64,000 bases of DNA from Leidyana gryllorum EB-2025a. Lineage: Eukaryota > Protista > Apicomplexa. The DNA lies in contig JBLWGC010000104.1 of the NCBI GenBank assembly GCA_048772705.1, positions 868,001 to 932,000 of the forward strand. The letters run 5' to 3'. Position 1 is the stretch's first letter. The number at the start of each line of letters is the position of its first letter. The position numbers and the translations under genes are program-made. Shown here piece by piece: positions 47,801 to 61,400 of this stretch. Under the pieces are notes generated by a model that saw nothing but the letters and a program-made list of their open reading frames with translations, made no database searches and was not told the origin of the DNA.

Positions 47801-50800
47801 GCCTCATTGGCGCTTCCTCACTCTCAGCGTCGCCTGTAATCACCCCCGGAGATGCTTCAGACTCATTGCGTCGCGGTCTGAAAGCGATCTCCAGCGGCGC
47901 CTCAGGAGCAGCAACATCCTTCACAGCACGATTTTCGGGTGAATCCTCCTCATGCGTCTTGCTGGCAACGTCAGCAACCACTGTGACCTCGACGACGGGG
48001 GTCGGCACTTCCGGTTGAGGAGAGGCGGGCGGTGTGACCACAGCAGCAATCTCCTGCTCGACTACGGGCGCGGACGCGGCCTCATCTCCAGTAGTTCTTT
48101 CGGGAAAGGCTACAGCTGTTGCCTCGGGGGTGACATCTGCGATGGAGACTCCAGTTTTAGAGGCACTATCTGCTTCAATCAGCGACCCGCCTTCAGTTCC
48201 CTCTGGAATCATTTCTAATTCTTCGGAAAGTGAGTCCTCTTGATCGTCTGCAGCCTGAACGGCTTCAGCGTGGGCGACTGGTTGAGGCAACTCGTTGTCC
48301 TCGGGCGAAGGGAGTGAGTCCGTGACTGACTCGGAACTGTCATCTTGAAGCAGCTGTGAAACTGCCTCGGAACTGGGTGCAGGAGTTTGGCTTCCAGCAT
48401 TCGACACGGAATGGTCCCGATATACATCCAAATGTTGTTCTTCTTTATCAATCTCAGATGGATGAGTTCCAATCACATCGGTAGTTTGGTCAACCGCGCT
48501 GAGTGTGTCGTAAGGAGGCGGCTGTAGCACCGCAAGAGACTCTGCTACAGGGAGCGGCGGATCGACTCCGACAAAAGTCCGTCCGCTGCCCCCATCAGCA
48601 GTGAGGGCAGCTTCGTGGCTCACAGACACATATTGAGTGTGATCACTGGTGGCAGAAGGCGAGAACATCAAGTTCGAGGAAGATCCCCCGGTGCCAGAAC
48701 TTGATCGGCTGCCGATGATGAGTCGTTCACCTGGTCCAACAGACCTCATCTCCGTGGCGTTGCTTGGAGTCGACGTTACTATTTCCATACCACCATTGTC
48801 CTCTCTACCTTCCATTGCCTCCTCGGTCTCGGGCGGCGGTGGTACCAGCGTTGATGATACCTCTCGGTGGGGAGTGCTTTCCAATTGCATATCAGGGTGG
48901 GACGTCTGCATCAGACGCACGTGTATCGGCGGTACCGTAGCACGTGCGGGAGGAGCACTGACTTCGTCCTCCCCTGATGTAGTTTCAGTTAGCACTGACT
49001 GAGTCAGAATCGAATTGGCATATGACAGGGTACTGTCCCCCAAGAGAACTCCGACTCCGACCGCTACCACAGGAGCCGCGTCTCCAATGTGCACCGAGTG
49101 GCTCGACTCGTCCTCCTTCAATTGAACATTCTGATTGTCATTGATAATTAGGTCACCTCCAATGATATCGGATCCGTCAAGATCATCCGGAATCAGTTCG
49201 GATGGGACGTAATTCCGAATGGACCCAATCGTCGACATTCGAGCCCGGTCAGCCACTTCCGCCACTTCAATCTCGGGACCCGAGGACTGTATAGATTGGT
49301 TCCCGAGAGAGTTCACCTTGACATGACGCAGCGATCCTTGTTTGCTTTTCAGCGAAGCAAGATCATTTGGGTTGTTCAGATTCAGGTCCACCACTTGAGG
49401 GTCCGGAGACATCAGTGTCGATGAGCGTCGAGTGTTGGATTTCTGTCGCTGTGCCGTCGAGAAGGTCCTTCGTGGCTGCTCGACGTCGGAGTCGTTGGTT
49501 GATCGAACCTTCATACTCTTCGACTTCATGAAGGCCGATGATCGGGATCCACCAAGATCTCGAGACTGTTTCCTCTTTGACGCTGACACATGTTCCTTTG
49601 GAGAACGTGATCGTTTCGGCGACGGCGATTCATGACTTGAAGCCACCACTTCCATCGGTTTGGTGTTTGACGAGCATCTCCCTGACCGCGACTTCTTGCG
49701 TTGGAACTGATTCTTCTTGGCCTCAGCGTCCTCCAACTCTATCATGGAACTCTTTTTCAAGGAGCTCCGTCTCGAAACAGATTTCGACAGCGATTTCTTT
49801 GATGAGGAAGTGCGATCTCCCGAACTCTTTCCTGATGGTCTCTCACGACCACTCCACTCTTCGCTTCGCGGAGTCTCAAGCTGCTCGTCTCGCGGCGATC
49901 GTGGACTTTCATCGTGAGTGTGATGTCGCCGACGGTGATGGTGATGGCGGTGGTGATGCTCCCGGTCGCGATCCCGGTCTCCAGAATCCCTGCGTACGGG
50001 CTGCGGTCGTTCATCTGCAGAGCTGTCAACGTAGGCCTGATGAAATGAACCGCGACTGTTGGTCATATCGTTTGACGGGCCCCGACTGTCCAGAACTCGA
50101 CCGTACTCAGAGAGCCCATCAGCCTCGTCTTGGCTCAGCTCCAACGCTGGGGCAGGCCGTTCCCTCCCCAGGATGTCGTCAAGATCGGGTGGGACGAGAC
50201 TGACATCAACATCACTCTCGAGGGTTTGGCGGGCGGAGAACGGATGGCCAATACTCTCGGTCTTGGCCATACTGTTCCTTCCCATCGGCTCAAAGTCGGA
50301 GAACGTCGCTGGGGAATTGATTTCTCCGTTCTCAGACTTGTCGTGTGGGGACACGGGACTAGATGGCTTCGACGTTGGGTCGTTAGGCTCGTCCTCCAAC
50401 TCGTCTCGGTCGCTGCTGCTGATACTCACTTGTTCAATGGGATATGAAACGTCGCTTCCAAAGTACATTTGTTCTTCGCTGTTCTTCACGCTGTCCTCAA
50501 CCCAAGTCCGACGTTCCTCTGTATTCGTCGTCTGTTGATCGCCACCAGTTGTCTCTGATACGCTCTCGCGAGGACTATTGTAGGTGGTCGGTGGAGGCTG
50601 CTGACGGTTAGACAAAGGCGCTGGGACATCGATGAGTTCGCGACTGTCGAGATCTTTGCACGGAACTTCAGGAGGTTTACTGTCGTCTTCGGCAGCCGTG
50701 GCTACAGCAATACAATCTATTCCTCCAACGTTGTTCGTCTCATCATCGGAAAAGTCTTCGACTGCGGAAGGAAGCTCAGACTCGTCGGGGCGAAAACGAT

Positions 50801-53800
50801 CGTTATCATCGTCTCCAATGACACCAGCAACATTCACAGACACACTACCAGAAGCGGGTGTGAGATCCCCTCCGATCATAATCTCGCGCTGTTGACGCGA
50901 GAGCAATCGATGGCTGCGATAGCTCGGGGTTCGAATCTCGATCTCCGGGATGTCAGTTTGGGGAATCTGCTGTAATTCAGACAGATTATCAAGCCTTACG
51001 GCATCTGCGATGTCCGGTGACTCCTGCGAAGGGACTTCTTCGCCCCCCTCTGGAGCGACCAGAGGGGTTGCCGCGGATACGGTTGTTTCTCCAGCCTCAG
51101 TGACAGGCCGCTCATCAGTGGGGGGTTCTTCTGTGGCGGCAGGTACTGGAGGAGCGTCAATATCAATTTCTCTAGGAGTCCTCGGATCCACGTCGTCCTC
51201 AGTGAGAGCGTCTACAGAAGACTGGCCCGGGGTCATTGCCGCCGATGTGCGAATTCGAGCTGAAGACGAGTCGTCTCCCTTCGTGCTGCCTCCCATAACT
51301 GCGGCTACGTCTGCAGAACCGGTGCTCACCACCGACTCCGCATCGTCATCGACGTCAACCCCGACTGCGCCCCCGGAGTCTTCCACCCCTGAGCTCGGAG
51401 CAGTCAATATGCAGGGAGTTCCACTGCTCCTCAGCTCGTCCTCGTCATCACCTGTCTGTCTTTGTGGTCGATCTCTCGGGCTGTCCTCAACTCCGCTGTC
51501 GATTGTCACTCTTCGATGAGGTGACCCGATTTTGGCTGCTGAGTCTGTCAGAGTCATATCGCTTTCATCCTTATCTCCCACTATTGCCCCAGTGTCAGCC
51601 AGAAGATCTCCTCGTGGTGTACTCGAGGGAAGAGTCATCATATCTTGCGACACAGTTGCTTGTGATAAGAAGGCACTCCCGAGAGCGACTTCGGCAACAT
51701 CCATACTCTCCAATGTGGTGTTACCTTTGAGAGATTCGTAAGAAGCGGTCGGTCCATTCGGTATGTAGCTCTCCTTTCCCGAACCCTGGTGGGGACTTGG
51801 TACCATCTTGATGGATTCCATAGAGGGCATGTCAACAGCCAATGGGATCCCAGCCGACTCCATTGACCCCGAACCGGGGATGATGTCTAACACAGGTTCG
51901 TCCTCGGAATTTTGTGCAGATGTGGGATACTTATCGACTTTGAATTCCTTGACCCCTGCCTCGTTAGGCTCCAACTCATCTCCGTCGCGTTCCAACTCTT
52001 CCCTGTCGCTTTCCGGTGATGGTGGTATGTTTGTAGTCGATTCGCCCAGAAGACCCGCCAACAAGTGATCTGTCCGCGATCTCACGATGGCCAGATCGAC
52101 CTCTACAGTGTCATGATGCGAGGGACTGTCCTCTGTGGGGGTGTGTTTCGCAGACCATCCATCTATCAATTCTGGCAGAACAGCGTCCGGGTCTCCATCA
52201 CTCCTGTATGTATCGCGACGCTGAGACGAGTGAAGGGGTCCCGACTGTTTGGACTGCAGAGAATCCGAGGGTCGTACTTCCTTCCCGGAAGGCGTGCGCA
52301 CCATCACTCCGTTGCATACGTCTCCGATAACAGGTTCTAACTTGCCAGGAGAGGGGCTGAAAGTGTCGTCAGACTTCTCACAGGAAACTCGTGGCGACGC
52401 AGGAACCGTGATGTCAACACGGGGTGTATTGCCTGAAGTTGTTACCGACGCCCCCAAGGAGCTTGGCCCATCTTCGAGGTCAATAGTGTCCCCCTGCTGC
52501 GACGACGCTTGCGCAAAGGAGGTGGGACATTCAACAAGGCCTTGTCTCACATCCTCCACAGCCGAACCCGATACCGCTTTCCTGTTCTCGACTTCGACTG
52601 GCTCGTCTGGCGGTATGGAAGTGGCTGACTCGGAGGGCTCATGGCCACTCATCGCTACACCACTCGCAGGCTGAGTGAAGAGCTCTGGGTGCACCAAGAG
52701 ACTTGAAGACTTGTCGGCAGTGAAGAGGAATGTTGAGGAGGCGGTCACAGGCATAGACATCTCTCGGACATTGGGTTCCGAGCCGTCTTCGGCCTCGAAG
52801 ACTTTGATCACGTCTTGCCGGGAGTCATTGGCACATAATACCAGCGGTTGAACCACAATCTCGTGTTGAAGGTTAGCGAGTAGGGGGGACGGCGGGGGGG
52901 AGATGAGGGAAGGTGGAGGCGCTGGAGGGAGATCGATCTCTTCTGTGACAATGAGTGGGACTGAGGCCGACACAGATACAGAGTTTGTGGTAGCCGTTGT
53001 TAACAGAGGGGGCAGCGAAATAGTGTCTGTAGCCCCGTCCGCCGTGGTGACCGATTTGGCGAGAGTGGACTGAGGCACGATATTGTCGTCGTCCTCCTCC
53101 TCCACAATTACTTTGATCTCAGCACTTGGGCCCGGAGACGTGTGTGTTGGAACTTCGTCCTGTGTCTCCGTGGGTTGTTCACGTATTGGCGGTGGAGCAA
53201 CTTTGGCCGTTTCCTGGGATTGGTGTTGTTGTTCCCCATTGTCAGTATTCTCTTGTTTCTTATTCCTGTGCTGCTTGAGCTTCTTATGTATGGGACACCG
53301 CTCCAGTTCAACGCTATTTGGTGGGAGTACATCGACATCGTGGTCAAAGATGCTTGGATTCCCCAGACGTTGTGAAGTTTTTGCCTTCACATGAGACGGA
53401 GCCGGAGCGAAGACGCTGTCGTTTGTCGGTCTTCTTTCGTCGGTTGGTACGTCGTAAACCTCGCTCACTGAGGCGCTTGTATTGCTGATCCCGTCGTCAC
53501 TATGAACTTCAATTAAGGGTTGCGGTTCGGGGCTCAGTGGGATGACTGATTGTGCCAATTCAGGTGTAGTTAATTTTATGTTGGGCTCGCTCGGAGATCG
53601 CGAATTTGAGCCCGTTCGGGGTCCCCGGGGATCTCGACTCCGGTGTGGGGTGGACTTTATGGAAAGAGACTCGGGAGTGTCTTTGCGATAGAATGCCTCT
53701 TCGTTGTCACGATCTTTGGGCAGATTGAAACGGACTGAATCGCCAACACTCATCTTCTCACGACGACTGCGTCGAGAGGCCGTGAAGCAGATCGACGGAT

Positions 53801-56800
53801 TACCTGTGGAGTAATGTTTGTATATCGAACCCATTATCAATAGAACCTGACCGTACGGCTCCCAACGCCACCTGGACCTTTTGGATCCATGGTGTGATCT
53901 GCCACCGGAATACACTTACCTTCGTCTGTGATGGACGAAGAGAGTCCGCCTCCGAGCGGCTTCGACAATCCGTCGTTCCATCGTTCATCAGGACTCAATC
54001 CGAATACTCTGTCAGATGAGGGCTTGAACTCCTCAGTACGTGTCCGGGGTCGATTGTAAGACATGTAATTGCTCGCGGGCGACCCCCGAGCCGACAGGGA
54101 GGAACCGAAGCGAGCCATCCGAGGCTCCAATAAGGAAACCACACTATATCGTTTGCGGCGTGGCTGAGCACCCAAACCTGCGTTTTCCACAAACTCTTCA
54201 GCCCCCAACGCACGCAACTGATTGACCATCTCTTTGATGCTCAGGTTATTGTTAACGTCCTCTCCAGAGCCGGGATTATACACTGACATCGAGCAACGTT
54301 CCTCCCAGTCATCGACACAGAAAGATCTAAACCGATACTGTGATTTGGCAGCCGACCATTGACTCGGTAGACTGCTCATTCGGCGCAAGTCTGGGTACCG
54401 AGATCGGTGCTCGCTGCCACCCCATTCACTCCCTTCTCCCCCTTGTGCCATAAAGTTGGCGAATACGTCCATCCCCAGAGCAGCGAATCGATCACGCCAT
54501 GCAAAGGGCGACGGGGCCATCAGATTCTCATCTGAGCCACTTCCGTACTCTGAACTGCGGAGAAACGGCGCTTGCATCCGCGTTTGTGACATATTGCATT
54601 GATCTTCTTCGCTTCGGAGCGCTGGAGGGGAGGAGGCCCTCTCTGGCTCGCTCATAGGGCTTGCCATCAACGAGCCTGCCGACTCCACATCAACAGCTCC
54701 CTCTGCAACTGGGAGAAGCACTGACTCTCCCTGTGCGGCCTCATGGACTTCGAGCACCATTTGATCATCAAAGTAGCCCGTTTCGCTCGTCGTTTCCGTA
54801 CGAGGAGAGTATCCGGTGCCATCAACAGCATCCAGACGTGCCTCCGTCGTCCCGGGGGGCGTTTCCGCCTCTCGTTCTGTGGAGGCCGGGAACACTTGGA
54901 TATCCACATTCGGAGTGCCCGCGGCAACACTGCTGGATTTCTCAATTTGGTCCTCTTCGCTAATCGTCGGTAAGTCAGCGACTAGTGACATGTCACCTGG
55001 ACTGGGCTTCGGAGTCATCATTCCATCACTGGAGCCTCCGCCGCCGAGTGAATCCAAGTCGCTCGAGGCAGCCACGCCGATAATCTCAACACTATTGCTA
55101 TCTCCACGTATCGTACTGCTGTTGGTCTGCGACCTCTGAGACGCCGTTGTCAATATGCAGGCGTCTTCACCACCTGTGGAAGGCGTCATCAGTGTTCCGA
55201 CAAACGCTGCGCCAGCAGTGTTGGTGTAGGAGGGCGAGTGCTCGCTCTCCGACGTTATGTATCGCGAAGATGAATGGTGTTGGCGGGACGAAGTACCTTC
55301 AACTGGGCTGCTGCTGGTACAATAGATTGCTATTTCCGCAGACTGAAGGTTCGTCTCGCACGAACTTTCTTGCGATGTAATTGTCTGGTCAACAATGACC
55401 TCGACGACATCGTGATATGTTTGTGGCGATCTGTACCCACTACCTTCTCGGAAACCACTCCCCTCCCGTGGAGTTTTCTCGGCCGACGACATTGCGCTCC
55501 TCTCTCCCTGTGACGACTGGTGTTCCCGGGAAGGATGGGGGGAAGAAGGAGGCGGAGGTTCGTCGCGATCTTCGCCCTCGGCCGCGCCATCAGAGTCTTT
55601 CTCCTTATCCTCCGACGAGGGGGGTTCGGACTCTTCTTTTTCTTCTTGCTCAGGTTCAGCCGACGGAGGGGAAGATGACGATGATGACTCTGAGCTCGAC
55701 ACACGACCTCCGGCATTCGAGCTGCTTTGCGAAACGTGGGCACTGGAGTCAATGGATTCCCGTGGGCTATGGACCGTCTGACCACGCCCTTGAGACGGCG
55801 TCGGAGGTCCTGCAGGCGCTTCCATTGTCACTTCGGATTGCGATGCAATGTTTCGTATCAAAGTACGAACTCCAACCGAATCTGTGGGACAGGGCACTAA
55901 CGTCTTCTCGGAGGTCTCAGACGATTCTGCAGAGGAACACACATCAAAAATCTAATGTCGCATTGATGTATCACACACACTTCAAGGGGACAGACCACAC
56001 CGGCGAGCGTCATTGCAGTGGAGGGGAAGCTTACCATAGGTGACAGAGGGGTCGAGGGATGCGATGTTATAGATAACAGGTTTGGACTGGGGAGCGGAGG
56101 TGGAACCGTTCTCACCGAGTGGTGGTTCAGATTCAATGCCGCCAGAAGCGAAGACAGTATGGTCTATCGAAGTCAGGGGTGTGCGATCTTGGCCCCGACT
56201 TCGATCTGTGCCTAAGCCGATCGAGCTTAGAACCTGTGTATCAGACACAATTGGTACCGTATCGCTGTTTTCCGCAATTGGTCTCGACGACATCACCCCT
56301 ACAGTTGGTGTGATTGGTTGACCAATAGGTGTCAGAACAATCGCTGTCTCCAGTCCAAGGGAGGGCGATGAATCTTCCAGGGTCTCTAGAGGAGGACATA
56401 CAATCTGTGGCTGACCCTGCAAACTCAGTGACATCGGGACATAGTGATCAGCTGGTCCGCCGAAACTTCCGGAACCTCCAGTCACAATCGCCATCTCAGC
56501 TCCGTTCGGACTGACATCTTCCTCTTTCTCTGAGGCGGGGCGAGCTTCGACACCTTCTGATGCTGGACCACTCGCCGCCAACTCGGTAGACTCCAAAGGA
56601 GACAAGATCTCCGTGATGATTGTATCGACTGTCGGTATAGAGCGTTGTCCCACATGCGGGATACTGAGGACGCCTTCGGGGGAATCGAGTAATTCATAGT
56701 CGCTATGTTCGATTAAGGCTCCCGCCGGCAGCGACTGTTCTATAGTCACCACCTCCTCTTCAAACCTATCGTCATCGCGATGCGAGAGCTCGGGAGGACT

Positions 56801-58367
56801 CTCTTCGGGCGTTGTGAACCTCTCATCGGCCGGAATAGAGGGCATAACAATACTTTCCGATGGACTGTGCAGTGCCCCAGTCAAAACAGATGAGGCAAAG
56901 AGTCCAGGGAGTTCCATTGAGCAATCAGAAACTTGAAAGGTTGACATTTCAGAAGTCTCCTGCGAGGGAGGTAATCGGTTGGCGACCGATGCTAAATGAA
57001 CATTAGTAGAGTTAGTCGCAAAAGCACCCTTGGGCCATGTGGGCCTCTGTGCCGGAGTCGCAGGACTATTGTCCGATGGCCTCGTGCCAGCGTCTCGGCT
57101 TCCGTGGGGTGAGGTCGAGCGACCAATTCGCTTGTGCTCTTCAGCACTGACTCCCGTGCAACTGACAAACGCGGTGGCTACCCTCTCCAACATGAACTCC
57201 AAAGTTAACTTCAACATGCCAACACACCGTCCTTCCATATCCAACATCTGAAGACAGCAAGTTGTTGAGCGTCTCGTGGGAGACGGGAGTTGGAGAGAAG
57301 GAGTTCATGCGAGGTGCACTGGCTTTGTTCGACAGGAGACATACCTGAAGATGACCACCAAAGAGAGATCGATTTGCACCCAGTAACATCTCGAGATCCA
57401 CCCGACAGGTACCAATGGTTCTTCGCAACGACGGATCCTCAGCGTCACTTTCCACTACGGCAAGTCTGAGGGACGAACGACATTCCGACTTGACTTTGTT
57501 TCTCGGAAAGAGTCGCGCTTACTTTATAGACTTTTCTTGATCATAGGGAAAGTTCATTACTGTTCGCCATCTGTATGACGGCTGCTCTGGAAGCATCGGT
57601 CGCGTGCGCAGTGCCACAGTCTGTCCTATAGTAATTTTGCAATGTAACCGTCGGTCGAGAGGTCCATCGGGTTCGAAGTAATGCACAATGGCCAAAAGAG
57701 AGCGGTATTGTGGCCTTTTATAAGTTCGTGGTGCCACGTAGGACGATATGGGTGGCGGTATCTCGGCAGTACGGGTGGTGACGGCGATTGGCCCAACAGT
57801 TGGACAAGGAGCCCCAGAATACCGGGATATGTAGTTGATTGTGGGTGAGACTGAGCGGACTGGCTGAGCAGGCATTGTGGAGATCACACGCCGTGGGCTC
57901 AGCGGACTGCGAGCCATCGGCCTCGAAGACAGTGGGGGTCCGGTCATCCGAACCGGGTTGGGAGACAGCGGGCGGTGAATAGTAGTGTGCACGGTGGTCA
58001 TAGTGGCTGTAGAGGGGAGCGTAGAGGAGTAGACGCGATGGTGAGAGATCACGGAGGGCAAGGAAGGCACTTCGGCATGGAAAAATCGCCGGTTGACAGT
58101 GCCTGATGCACCCTGAGCCAGAGGAGACGGAGCCAAGGGTACGCCTCGCATCGGCAAAGGGGCTCCAGCTGTTGACAGAGGGGTAGCTGTGATCGGAGCA
58201 CCACCGGGTCGCACAGTGAAGAGTCGAGGTTGATCGACAGGAACGTTAGATGTAGTTGTAGTAGTAGTCGTTGTGACCGGAGAGAGGGACCGCGTTCCGG
58301 GCCCTCTTTGGACACGGCGCTGTAGATCAGACCACATGTACTGCTTGCCACCAGTCATCAACGACAT
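44868..58367 (-). CDS. Giant protein (~4,345 aa): P/T-rich N-terminus, C2-like domain, then ~3,900 aa of acidic/Ser-rich predicted disorder
   Basis: Introns 57466-57522, 57248-57344, 55927-56034, 53804-53919, 45463-45502 and 45122-45165 join all ORFs in frame (13,038 nt CDS). C2-like strand pattern: HCKITIGQ..RTRP..YRWRTVMNFPYDQEKSIKLAVVESD..TIGTCRVDL..GMLKLTLEF. Confidence 0.75.
47300..47505 (-). repeat. Degenerate coding tandem repeat (EVRDEExxPxATES units)
   Basis: The plus-strand element ctcctcgtccct recurs at ~47321, ~47411 and ~47480, interleaved with gacctcca(c/t)cgactctgtcgc units. Confidence 0.75.
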
Positions 58368-58415
58368 CTCTGCTCAGTTCATAGAAGACCCAAAAAATGA
58401 TTCAAGTTTGCAAAG

Positions 58416-61400
58416 ATGGGAGACGATCGGAGAGGCATTTACCCATGTAGTCTTCCATATCTCTCGACACAAGAAGGGGCGCCGAATGCGTATCTGCAGG
58501 AGGCTGTCATGGGGCAGCAGCGGGCCTTCGGAGCGTTTATGAACGGGTTGGAGAATCTGAACAGAGCCGAGAGAACAACGTTGGGGGAGGAAGTTGGGCT
58601 TCCGGCCGGTCCTCGCCAGGATCTTCCAGATCCGTGCGTTATCGACGAAGGCTTCGACGTGCCCATTGGACGGGACCTGCCGTGCCGAATTGGGAAGGAC
58701 TCTGACTATGCGTTTGGGCCGAGTCGAAGTGGGTGGGAGTGGCTGATAAGCCCTTTGTTGCTGAAAGGTTACCAGAATCCCATCAAAGCCAAAGGTCCCC
58801 CATTGCTCGAAAATGGCAACCCGCTCGCCGCAACGGCCCTCGATGGCAATGAAGCCAATACATTTGAAAGCTTTTGGTTCGACTCTGCTCCTGAAAACCC
58901 TCCCCGAAGTCATCTCTCCATCTCTGCTACCCGTCAAATGCGGACCGAAACTGCTAAAGGGGACTACAATTCTGAAGCTACCCTCGTAAGCATTGGTTTG
59001 TAGAGTCCGATAACATCCCCCTTTCTTCAAGTCCTACTCTCTTGGCGGCCAGACTCTTGATAAACAAGGGTACTTAGCTCTGCATCCTGCTGTGCTATCG
59101 GACTTCCGCTCCAGTCGGAAACAGTATCTGCAGGAACACCTGGATCGGGTAAGCTCTCACTCGACAATTGACAACAACTACACAAATAGTACCTCTTTTG
59201 ACCACTTTCTCAGTCTCGCGCCTACATGCGCCGTCGCCCGGGCTACGACATTGCGGCGAACGAAGCCTGTCGAGCCCGTGATTGGTTGATCCAACGACAC
59301 AACGGAGAGCCACAGCCGGGTCGCCGAGAGTATCATCTTGTCAATAGCCACACTCAGTGTCAACCACACTTTGATCACTTTCAACTCAAGAATTTGGTTA
59401 ACTCTTCACCAGGGTCACAGTACATATATTTTACAGAGTGTGTGGATGATCAAGATGATCGATCGACCTTACCGCAACGGAAATATAGCCGGTTGATGCG
59501 TTTTGATCGGGTCACTGGCAAGTAAGCACAAGAAAAAGTTGAATTCGATCTGACATCTCAATGCCAGGAAATCATGCGTATTCGGACCCTGGAACTTTCC
59601 CGTTACCCAAAAGGCGCCCGGCCTCTACGTCAGCGGCGAGAGCGCTCGTCTGCACTCCATGCACGTGACAGACAGGTTCATGGTGGTGGCTGACGGGGCA
59701 TCGTCGATTGTGCTCGGACGTCTCCGCAAGGAACCTATGGAGCAAGAACTGGCGACTGGTGTTGGAAATGATGAACTGGAATGGGTAAGGAGCGCCCTCT
59801 CGTGGCCATTGCGCTCCTCCACCAATGTCTTTCAGATGACTATTCAACGTCTTAGTCCAGAGGGAACGACTATTACTAATTGCTGTATTTTGTTAGAGGA
59901 CAATGCGACGCTGTGTGATTACTATATGGCACAAGCCTTGATAAGACGTAACCAAGCGCGCGCAGCAAGAATAATGCGACCCCGCCTCCAGTATTTTGTG
60001 CGAGTTTTAGGGCGACTGACATCTCCGGTGGCGTTCGCCTTTTATTTACTCCGCGGGACTGCGGCATTGCGAAGATATCAGGACCATCTTCGCCGTCAGG
60101 CCATTCCTCCTTCTCCGCCTCGTAGGGGACAAATCGGAGAGGATGGACTGTACTGTGTGCGCTCGCGTCGACGACCTCCTTTTTGTGATTCGCTTTTCTT
60201 GCCGCAACACGGCCTACGGGAACCGGACCCCCCAGCTGACGATTTTCAGCCCCTCCGTCGCGACCAGACTGCTGAACCGGGTCAACGATCCCAGGTTGGA
60301 CGCACCAACCCACCAGTCACTGCTAACGGAACCAGTGCTCTGGGAGTCGATATGGCGTCTCCCACACAGATCGGGGATGTTGTGCTGAACAGCTCTGCCA
60401 CTGGTACAGCCATCGGAGGGGCAATGGCAGCCGGGATCGAACTGCAAGCCCTCTTAATGGGTTTGGCAGTCCAATCCGAGACTGCACCGGCTAATGGATG
60501 GAGTCACGCTCTGGAGGCAGCCGATAGAGACTTCCTGATGCCAGGGAGAGAAAGGGCTGCGCCAGAGAGTGATCACCTAAGTTTACTCCGGTCTGCCGAC
60601 GATGAGTATATTCATCCCTCGTACATGGTGCGCGCCTTCCATATGGAGGATCGCCCCGAACTGGTGACCGCCCCCAACCATTTTGATAAGATAACGTACA
60701 AAGATACGGCGGCACTTTACTATCAATTACCCAAAACTCAGATTATTTCTGTTAATGAATTCAACGCATATAATCGATTCCTCCACCATCTATGCTCCCC
60801 TAGAAATATCTTGCTGGCACTGCCCCCCGAGCAAGAGGAACACCGAACAATCTTCGACCACTTCCTCGAAGTATTGCCCAGCTACCCCCCTCTTCATGTT
60901 CGCCGGCACGCTGTGCGAGTCAATGAGTTATCCACACCATCAGCCACTGCCGAGCGACGACTCAACATTCACCTATTTGAAGACCTCCCTCGTGGAGCCC
61001 TGATTGCCCTCGAAACCAGCCGAGCAGCGTCTCTCGGGTTCCCGATGCCCCAAGACGCTCCTCAGATCATCGCTCCACAAATTCATTGGAGGCCGCAGAC
61101 GCGCTCCCGTACCATACCCAACAACGCGCTACCCCGTCTCGTACCTCGCCCCACATCTGTGGGAGGGACCGGTCTCACTCCTCCTCCGGCACCAGCTGTT
61201 CGCAGTATGGCTTCAGGTGCTCGCCCGTCGCGGATGGTGAATCGTGGGGAGAACAGCGCTGCACCCCAACATCCGTCCCGAGTTGCCAGCATCTACGATA
61301 GCATCAGTCGCAGCTTGACTTTCCCAATTCCGCCCGATGAACCGGGAACGCCCCCTTCTGCCCTCGAACGGCGACTCGGCCACCAGCGGATGATGGAGGA

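Noticed and set aside
45925-56514. Many Ser-rich + strand ORFs (e.g. 46504..47313, 50950..51519)
   Set aside because: They are antisense shadows of Glu/Asp-rich codons of the giant minus-strand gene.
58374-59030. 218-aa minus-strand ORF
   Set aside because: It is antisense to exon 1 of the WD40 gene, which splices in frame to conserved motifs.
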